DNA from: Yuukianura sp. NJ FZ-2021
Taxonomy: Eukaryota
Length of the DNA: 64,000 bases
Reading direction: 5' to 3'
NCBI GenBank assembly: GCA_046563655.1
Contig: CM102286.1
Location: forward strand, 11,036,001-11,100,000
How positions within the stretch are numbered: position 1 is the stretch's first letter; each line of letters starts with the position of its first letter. The position numbers and the translations under genes were made by a program. This document shows positions 21,901 to 32,043 of the stretch, one piece after another. Below the pieces are notes generated by a model, which was not told the DNA's origin, ran no database searches, and worked only from the letters and a program-made list of their open reading frames with translations.

Positions 21901-24900
21901 CTTTGCAGTATATGTTCCATCTGAATTTGTAAGGTATGCAAAAACTTTTTGTGAAAATTTTCCCGAGTAGAAGTTGAATTTTTTGATTGAAATTGGCAAC
22001 ATCAGTGTCGTGGTCTTATCAATTTCTTTGTCAGTCAATATTGTATGAATAAGAAAAGCTTGGAGCATTGCGTCCAGAACAATTGGATGGCAAATGTAAG
22101 AATTGGAGTCTTCTGGAATTTCAATTTCCGCCAAGACAGCATCTTGTGCAGCCCATGCTCGAGAAATTGAACGAAATTTCGGCCCAAATTGGTATCCGAC
22201 CGCCGCAAGGTCATCATACGTTGTGTGCATTGACTCCAAACAGTCTAGAGTTTGCTGTATGGTTTGTAGGTCAATAGACAAAGTGCATGTCAGACGACTT
22301 GGAGTAATTGTCGCTATTGCGTGCCGTTTCCACTTTTGTGAATTGTCGCGATCTTGCTCGTGGATTGCCACTTCGAACTTTAGTTCGTTTTTGGCAATTG
22401 ATCGCGCAATAGTTTGAATTTGACAGGATCTGTTCAGCTCTAGGGCAGCCTCGATCATGAAGTTTTCAACACAAAATGGGATTCCAACTTTTCCGTCTTG
22501 CAAAATGTGACACCCAGCCGCCATTATAGTTTCGAGGAGAGCCGCTCCAGGAAAAATAATTCTCTCTGCAATACGATAATCACCGAGAAACTTAAGATTT
22601 CTGGTTGACAGAATTTGAGCGAAGTGGTGTTCCGGAGATGGAGTCGGTAGTCGCCGCCCAAGCGTTGGGTGCAGAGACATAGGATGCTTAGATTCCGCGT
22701 CCAAAACTTCATGTTGAAACCAAAAGTTCTTACGTTGGAATGGATACGCAGGAAGAGCCAGTTTGTTTTCATCATGGAACCAATTCTTCCAGGAAATCAC
22801 AGTTCCAGCAACATACATCTTGGCCAGTGAGTTCAAAATGGAGGACAATTCACCCTCATTTTTTCGCAGTGATGGACAGAATGTGTCTTGTTCAGAATTT
22901 GGCAGATTCGCCATAGCCAAGGCCAGTAAAATTGGCTGGCTACCAATTTCAACAAAAACTTTAGGGCCGTTCACAAGGTGTATTAATTGCCTTGTTGCGT
23001 CTCGAAATTTCACGGTGTCTCGCAAATTGCGCACCCAGTATTTGGAAGAAATTTCACCAAATTCCAACTTACGCCCGAACGTACTGGAGATGAAGCTACA
23101 ATTGAAATCGTTCACCTCAAGTTCCGAAGTGATTTGCTCAAATTCAGTCAGTATTGGCTCCATAAGTCGAGAATGAAAGGCATGAGTAGTTTTCAAAACT
23201 TTTGTTTTTAAACCTTTGGAGTGGCAGAAAATCGCAAACTTTTCCACGTTTTCATTCGTTCCAGACACAACAACTTGCTCATCGGAATTCTCGGCTGCAA
23301 TATCAATACAAAAATTTTCGGTAGACTTGCTACATTCTTCAATCAAAATGCGCACATCCGAGCTTTTTAACGCCAGCATCTTCCCGCCTTCAAGCGAATT
23401 GATGAGTTTGCTTCGACCGACAACAAGTTTCATTCCATCTTCAAGAGACAACGCCCCTGCACAAACTGATGCGCAGCATTCCCCTGCGCTGTGGCCAAGT
23501 ACAGCGTCAGGGTAAATCCCAAACGAATTCCAAAGTTGAACTAATGCGTATTGAACTGAAAAAGTAGCCGGTTGGATGTAGATGGCTTTGTCCATCAAGG
23601 CTGCATCTCCCCACAGTACTTCCTTTAATGAATATGCCAAATGCTTCCGATAAAGTGTTTCACATTTGTCCAGCGCCTTTTGGAAAACCGGTGAACATTC
23701 GTAAAGGCTTCTCCCCATTCCAAAGTACTGTGACCCTTGACCTGTGAACAGAAAAACTACTTTTGACTTATGCTGTAGCGTCTTTCCTTGGAGGTAACTC
23801 TTCTGTTTCAATTTCGCCACGAGTTGCTCTGTGCTATTGACTACAAGGGCTATCCGGTGGGTCATGCTTGCCCTTCCAGTATTCAGAGTATATGCAATTT
23901 CAGACAATTTAAGTCTCGGATTTTGTTCAAAATGTGAAATATGTTTTTCGCAAAGAGATTCCAAGGCTTCTTCTGATTTCGCTGATACCTGTATCATTTG
24001 TAACAAGTTTGCATTGGCGTCAATTTTTTTAGATGCTTTGCGTTTAGGCCGCTCTTGAACGATAATATGAACGTTGGTTCCACTCATGCCGCTCGAACTA
24101 GTGGCTGCGATCCGCCTTTCTCGTTTCCATTCTGTCACTTCCAGTGGAATAATTCCCGGAATTTTGTCAAGATGGATTTTGGGGTTAAGTTTTTGGAAGT
24201 GGAGATGCGGTGGTATCTGTTTGTGTTTGAGACAAAGCAGAATTTTTATAAGTCCAGCAATTCCTGAGCATCCTTCGCTGTGCCCAATGTTAGTTTTCAC
24301 AGAACTAACAAGGAGCGGTTCTACCCGATTTTGGGAATAAACCTGTTCAATTGCTTCCATTTCCGCTGGATCTGAAATAGTATTCAAAAAAAAACTTCAA
24401 ATGCTTACGTCAACCTAAGTTAGAGTCTTAGATGTACTAGTTATTTTTGTCTTCGTTGACATGGGTAAAAAACAATGCCATTTAATCAGTTTCCTGAGAT
24501 CACATTTGGCATTCCTTTGATACTAGTAGATTGAAATAGCCAAACCGCGCATACTCAGTGCGTTCCTCACTACTGTCAACACATAAACCTTTAGTATATC
24601 TTCAGCGAATGCTTGTTGCGGTTGAATATCAATTTCATATGGTAAAAATTAGTCAACTACATGATTTCATTACCTCCTACTGGCGTTCCTGTTCCATGTG
24701 GCTCGATGAGACTAACATCACTGGGTTGAATGCCAGCATCAGTCAGAGCATCACGGATTACCTTTTTCATTGCATAGAGATTCGCAGTTCCGTAGCTTGA
24801 TGGCCCGTTGTTGTTTAACGCAATTCCACGAATTACACCAAGAATGTTGTGACCTTCGCGAATAGCGTCAGGCAGCGGGCGCAACACTACTGATGCAATG

Positions 24901-27532
24901 CATTCAGCTCGAACATAGCCATCGGCCCTTATAACCGGAAAAGTCTCATTTTAAGGATTATGATTTTATAATTTTCACCGTTTTACTCACCTCGCATCAA
25001 AAGATTTACACTTGAAATCCTTTGCAAAAGTGGGTGCGTCCGAAATTGTTCCACCACCGATTGGATTAAGGCTGCGGAGTACTAGGTTTACTCCAGCGGC
25101 AATTGCGATTTTCGAGCTTCCATTACGCAAGTTTTGACATGCAAGGTACAAAGCTGTTCCACTACTCGAACATCCGGTTCTGTAAAATAAAAAACATACG
25201 TTTTGGATTTTATATTTATTTTCGGAATTTTAAAAGGAAAACTTATTAATTTTTGTACTGAAAGAATCTCACTCTGTGCAGTAGTTGGGTCCATGAAGTC
25301 CAAGCAAATTTGTAATGCGTCCAGAGGTTGTGCTGAATGTATTTCCTAAGTAGACTCGAATGTAGTCGTCTGGATCCAGTCCATACTCTGGAAACCAACT
25401 CTTGTATTCGGATTGCCAAATGCCTAAATACACTCCCGTGTCACCTCCGCGCAAGTCGTTTGGATTGATGGCAGAATTTTCGAGACTTTCCCAAATCACT
25501 TCCAAAAGAAGACGTTGCTGGGGATCCAAAAACGGTGCTTCACGCGCACTAATTCCAAAAATTGAGCATCAAATTCATCTATCGGGCATTTTAAAAATCC
25601 CGCCTGAAAATTTTTATGTCGTCGTTTAGGTGGCGTGGTCTATTGGATGGAAATGGTCCAATGGGATTTTGACCACTGATGAGTAATTCCCAAAGTTCAT
25701 CGGCATCATTTGCTCCAGGAAATCTGCAACTCATACCCACCACTGCTATTGCCTTTTCCAAATCTTCTTGATGGTCTTCTTCTTCAGTACCATTTACCGT
25801 AATGTGGCCATTTTTATTTACATACCTATCTGCGCATTGCAGCAGATACGTTTTTGTATGGTCGTTCTGTTTAAAAACAGTTTAAAAAGTGTTATTGACC
25901 TTGTAGTATTTTGAAAATGAATTTCTTTTAAGCTGAAATAGATTAATATTACTACTATATATTTACTTCCATTTGTAGAATTTGTGGGACAATTTCCGTT
26001 TCAAATGTAGCCATCCATTTTTTCCTGATTTCTTCGCAGTCAAATGCCTTGCAAGAAGACTGTGCAATAGAAACATTGTTATCCTCCAAAATGGACGCGT
26101 CTTGATGACACCCTCCATTGCTGGAAAAGCCTTGCATGACTCTATTAATTAACATTCGAAATGAAATTGTAAAAATGATCATTAAGTAAAACATTGCTTC
26201 TAAATTTGTTTGCTTCTAAATTTTTCCATCTATACAAGATCTGTCCTGCCACTTACCGCAGCTTTTCCGAGGTAGACCCCAGTACTTGATGTTTTGAATT
26301 ACACAAAACGGAGGAAAATTTACAGCTCAAAATTTCCACCGCACGTCCTGATAAAAAGGAATGAAGCTTAAAATTACTTTCAGTTATTTTATGTTTGGAC
26401 TATACGGCCTTACTAGGGAAAGTCGTTTGGCTTAATTTCACGAGATGATCAAAATCCTCAAGACTCGGTTTAAATATGACAACCTTCGTCGAAATTTTTA
26501 TACCACAGTGAGAGTTGTGTTCAACAACAGCCGACACCGACGGATATAAAAACAGTTCATCCGAATTCTTGAGCAACTGTAACACCACAACGTGACGTAG
26601 TATACCAAATCATTAAAGAAACTCAAAAAACTAACAAAAGTATTCTGCTTAAAGTGGAATGTTGCTTGGTAATTCAAGTTAGGTAAGTTCAGCGTTATTT
26701 GAGATGAAGGTTCAGTTTAAATTAGGGTTGTTACGTGTAGTAAAGAGACGTGAATAAGACTCACGTAGGTCATGGGGTGAACGTAGACGCATTTAATCCA
26801 ATTGCGCAGACTCCACAGCCAAAATACGCCATGCTCTTTGTTCCCCACTTCGCTTGACTCAAACCCCAGTACCGTATCAAATTCTCTCTTTAGGAGTTTT
26901 CTGAAATTAAAATAAAATGCAGCTCTTTTGTGGTAAGATTATTACGTAACATAATGTTGAATTTGACTCGAAATCATAGACCAAATGTGATACTTACAGC
27001 GACCTAATTTTCTAGATTATCGTAGTTAAGTTTTAGCTTCTTTAAGTATAGGTATTTAAATACAGGTAACAAAATTTCTTTCGCTTTAAACAGCTTTAAA
27101 AGTTCTGACCAAAATCATAATTATAGTATTCATTATTAGAGCAGTTTTTTGTTGCAAGCGGTGTGTGTTTATAAGTTTAATTGTCAGCATAAAGTCAAGG
27201 AAAGAAATTGACTTGACCTATTAGTTCTGTTGTTAAGCATGCGTAACTTTCAAGTATTTTCATTTTTGCTACTGTTACTCATAGAAAAAAAAATGGTTTT
27301 ACCTTATTTCATTTGAAACGTCTTCCGAGATTGCAATGACCAAGGGCTTACTTGTCAACGAATTTCGGATTGATCTAGCGAGCACCAACGCTCCCCAGGC
27401 TTCTTCCTCATTGCTCGCCAACGTTACCCAACACTCGTCTTCTACATGCCAAATAAATAGCAATAAAAAATGACAATATATAAAAATACATAAGTGTATG
27501 CTTTATAGAATTTTTTTGTAACTACCCTTCAT
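18930..27532 (-). CDS. Type I polyketide synthase with an N-terminal glycogenin-like (GT8) domain: GT8-KS-AT-DH*-ER-KR*-ACP; two 1-bp frameshifts in the KS exon
   Basis: KS: [76 protein letters not shown]. KR fold: YIITGG, HAAG. ACP: GVDSL. Upstream exons 27526-27532, 27303-27441, 26765-26900, 26414-26576, 26257-26347 and 25967-26141 splice in phase into the KS exon at 25866. Confidence 0.88.
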
Positions 27533-28687
27533 AGTTTTAGAGTTGAAGTAGAAAAATTGAGAATGACTCTTGATTATTTGAAGGCACCCTTCTCTGTTGT
27601 ATTTTGAAGTTGCTAAACGGTTAAGTTTTGTTGTAAGAAACGTGATCTCAAAAAATTTTTGTGGAACAAAGTAATCCTCACTGAAGATTTCGTGAATTTA
27701 TAGTCGGTAGTTATATCAATTTAATATGCCTTCAACTTCTATAACATTGATGTAAAACAGGTTTCACAGGACACTTGTAATCTGCTCAATGTATTTATTT
27801 AGCGCATATCGAAATGAATACGTAAATCTACCCAAATGACAGCAATCAACTATATAAAAAACAAAGACATTTTCAATTATGAAGCAAGTTTTTGTTTGTT
27901 TTAAGTTGGGTTACTTATAGCTACGCATTCTATTGATCAGTGTGAGATGTGGTAGGTACCCAATTAAAACAACTTGAAATTGAAAACTTTAATTAACAAT
28001 TAATGTGGTAAAATAAATACAAAATGAATTATTCATTACTTTGGACTTCACCTTGATTTACCAAGGACGTTGCAAAGAAAATTCTTTACCTACATGTGGC
28101 GACAAATTTTTAGTGTCGATTTTTTTTATTTTCAGCCCTAACCTACTTTTGTTTCAGTTTATTATTGTGCATTCAAGGTGAATTTTACTATAAAGCATAT
28201 GTTCGGAAATTGGAACAATCATTTTAGGTTACCATAAACTTCTTTAGCACTTCACTGATCTATTCCTATTATAAATGTAAACGTTTCCAAAGAAAAATCT
28301 GCATACTAAACACTGCAAGTCCTTAGTTTCATTAATACCATCAGAGTTGTAGTTCTTCCTTTTATTTATGTACATATTTATTACAGAAAAAAGATATTCT
28401 GGATGCTTTTCACTAGGGAAAAAAGAATTAGCAAAATGTTTTTCTTCAAAAGTCGAAAAAAAAAAGAAACAGTTCTTTATCTTTACTAAATGATATTGTG
28501 TATCAATTGCGTATAAGTGAGTCCACAATTTAAATTATTGTAGAGCCAATTTTTTTTCCAACATCCACGCACATGAACAAAAAACTGGACATCATCAACT
28601 TTCAAGTTCCTGTTGGAAAACAGGTTTGGTAAACCTTTTTGCGACTTAACTCGGCAAGAAGAATGTTGTGTTGGGATTTGTTGTAAC

Positions 28688-30451
28688 TTAATATGTAAGG
28701 GTGGTCGCCCTGTTTCTAGCTTTCTTGGAATATGCTGAGGTTGAATTAAGAAATTGGGGGGTGACTAGGGATGAATTTGTAACCATGATGGTACTGCTGT
28801 TGCCGGAATTCGGATTTCTTCTTCTAAATTGCAACCTGCGTTCACTGTTTCTTCTGCGGACTTCATTTGTGGCAGGCGAAGATGGATTGGCTCTCGGGAC
28901 CATCAGATCGATGAAATTGAAGAAGAAGCCCACAGCAGGGGAACTGAAGCAATCCAAAGCGTAGGGCGCAAATGTTTGTAGAATGCTCCTAACCACACAC
29001 TGTGTAAATGGAGCGTAACTTTGGCAGTAGTATTGTTTCGGTTGAAATTCACCTGGAGTGGAAATAAATAAAACGAAAGTGAATTATGTTTCTGATTTTT
29101 TTTATATATCTTTTAAGCGAGGCTTGATTCTTGATAATCTTTCGCTACTTACTTGCCATTGCCAAACCTGAGAATAAATAAATTTCGATCAACAACAGAA
29201 GCCTGGTAAATAATTAGCAGTTGTTGGAATATTGTTAATTACATGGCTGTGCTTGCTCAATTACTGTCTCACGAATAGCTTCTGGAACATTCTCTTGGAA
29301 GTAAAACAGTGCTTGAACTTCATCCAACAAACCGTCTTCCCCAATCTGGAACAAAAAAAAATATAGCAAAGCTAAACAATTGTTTATTCTACAGATACAT
29401 TTTCAAAAAAAACAGGTTTCTTATTTTTTTTTAATCAAGATCGTTCTCATTATAATATTCCGGACATTCAATTTCATCAAAAACTGAAACCGTAAAACTT
29501 CACAAATCCAATAAAATTCATTCCTAGTTTTATGATATATCCCAACCTTGAAAGTTGGGAATGACGATTGATTTATGGCTTTTAGCTATGCACGGTTTGC
29601 CGATGTTTAATTTACAATAACTAGTTGAAATGGCTAGCGGCATGGTTGGAATATTCAAATCTGGTGCCATTGCGTGCCTTGTGTAGGATATCTACCGTAT
29701 ACCAATGTCGCAAGTGATCACGTCTTAAACTTAAGCTTTTTGCAATTTGTGAGTTAAACAAGATCAAGTTGTCGCTGTCAACAAACGCTAACCGCGTTTA
29801 CCTGAAATAGCTGATTTAGAGGTTGCGTGCTTTTTTCATTCTAACTACAAAAGAGCCATAAAAATTTTGAAAAAAAGTAACGGATAAATCTTACCACGCC
29901 GAGATCCATCATGGAGCACTTTACGATGCACTGCAATTATTTTTCAGTTTACAAACAAATTATTAAACCAACAGTTGTCAATTACATGTTACATACATGT
30001 AATTACATGCAAGTTAGTGGAGTTACAGAAATATAGGCCTAAAATGTGAGCTGCATCGTTATGTGTACGTAATAAGCTCCCTCTTCAATTTTATGCCATA
30101 ACATAACATACATAAAATCTTTTCGTCAGTTCAAATGGGGAGCGCAACTGTAATTTCCCACCGAGGCAGTTCAAGGACGACGTAATAATGCCTTGGACGA
30201 GGCTGATAATCGACTTCTGACAGGTTGGTTCTGGAACTTCTTCTCCGCCGCCATCTTCTCCTTCATCTTGACTCCGGACAGTTGACACCTTTATTTCGAT
30301 ATGAACTATGTTAAATCTTAAACTTCTACAACTAATATATTTGAATCTTTTGCACATTATAATATTGCCACTAACACACCTGTATTTCCAGTAGTAATAA
30401 ACAAACATTGAATAGAAAGACGTATTTTCGAGAATTCAAAACTATGCTCAT
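28688..30451 (-). CDS. Odorant-binding protein (PBP/GOBP fold) with extra cysteines and a basic C-terminal tail
   Basis: Spliced: signal exon 30380-30451; exon 30113-30289 (TC...NC); 36-nt exon 29895-29930 CIVKC (C-X3-C); IGEDGLLD...QPC; ~15-nt micro-exon near 29153-29167; YCQSYAPFTQC (C-X8-C). Confidence 0.8.
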
Positions 30452-32043
30452 TTTGTTTACTATGGGTTTTGTCTTAAGATAAGTAAATGTCAAACCGAAA
30501 TCACTCCCGGGGCTTGAATTTTTTCTAACTTTTTTAATTGAATATTAGAGCAATACCATGGAGAGCCATTTCAATTCTACTTTTATACGAAAACGTAACC
30601 AACTTCCGGTATATTTTGAAAAGTGTGTGTAATGTTGAATGCCTGCTGGTTTTTAAACAATGTCAAGTTCAAATAGAATTGCTTCATCTGTATTGCTATA
30701 GTCTGTTCGTTGATTTCCCATCAATTGGATGTGTAATATTCAAATACATGACTTGAAACTACTGTTGTTGAGGACTCTGAAACAATTCGGATTGAAAATT
30801 TAATTATGGGGGTTGACCAAACAGGAAAGAAGTATTGTTCAAAAACGCGTCAATGTTGGAAATAATTTATAGTTAGATGAAGGTGGGAAAATATGTAATT
30901 TAACCAAAAAAATTAATCGGCGGACCCCAAGTTATTTGAATTTTGACGTTGACACAACCAGGACCAATCAGTTGAGAATAAACGTTAGTATTCGCATAAC
31001 ATTTCCAATACAGAATTAGAGATACAGTTACAGCCTATAAAATATTTCACTGTATGTTTTTGTTTTAAAGGGAAATATGAAAAAACGTTTTGTTGTCACA
31101 AAAAGAACAGTTTTATATTTTCAAAATTCCTCAAATTGAATTTCAAAATTATAACTGTACTCAAGGCAGCTCGAGTTTAATTAACTCAAACAACCTTGAT
31201 TGTACCTTAGCTTGCGTTTTTTCGAGATCATGGATATAATCTGCATTAAAATAAATTCTATTTTGCATTCGGCTTCCACGTCATCAAATTTCTGATCCAG
31301 AATAATTCGGAACACAAGATGAATATTTGAACAATAGGAAATTCAGTAACCAACATTTAGACAGACCTCCAAATTTTAACGCCTGCGATTTCGACTAATA
31401 AAGTTCAACAGATCATTTCGTTCCTGTACTCCATTCAACTCTAAAAAGTTAATCATAAATTAAGAAATTCAAATTCCACACCAGTTTTATGTTTTTGAGA
31501 ATAGGAATATAAAAAGTCGTCTCCGAGAAGGGATGATTTGTTCTATTTTTGCGTTTATCTGAACTAATTTTTGATACTTTTTGCTCCGTAATGTTAATTA
31601 TAAGGGGTAATTTATAAAGTTAACAAAAAAAGACATTTATACCTTTTTCGCCATTCATGTGCTATTTATTGGTGATCTTTTTACTTTTACACAAATGACC
31701 ACATTTTGTGGCCTTTTACGTTACGTTTCATGTTACGTTACCTGTGAATTAGCATTAGATTTCTTATTCGACGGGCGAGGGAGACACACAGTCCCATTAG
31801 TGTGTTCAACGAATTAGTATAATTCCAGTATCACTCCACTAGAATGCTTGTTTCTAGGTATTTCCTGACATTTGAATTCAGTCGATTGTCATGTCATATT
31901 GTTTGTAAAGGCTCATCTGCAGTGTCAGTGAACTACAAGCGAGACTGAGTTGTAGTTTTTGGTGTTTAGGTTTTATAACCTAAAGAATTTCAAGCTAACA
32001 GCCAAAATTTTGATTCTTTTGTTGGAAGTTTATTAAAATTTTG

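Noticed and set aside
19525..24387. Bacterial contamination as the source of the PKS
   Set aside because: The KS and KR are interrupted by canonical spliceosomal introns and the gene is contiguous with animal genes.
19525..24387. Ordinary animal fatty acid synthase
   Set aside because: It has no thioesterase or pseudo-methyltransferase region, the motifs are PKS-like, and the KR/DH catalytic residues are missing.
29547..29670. ORF MAPDLNIPT... as first exon of the OBP or PKS
   Set aside because: Its phase gives an immediate stop in the next exon, whereas the 29895-29930 exon restores the OBP cysteine pattern.
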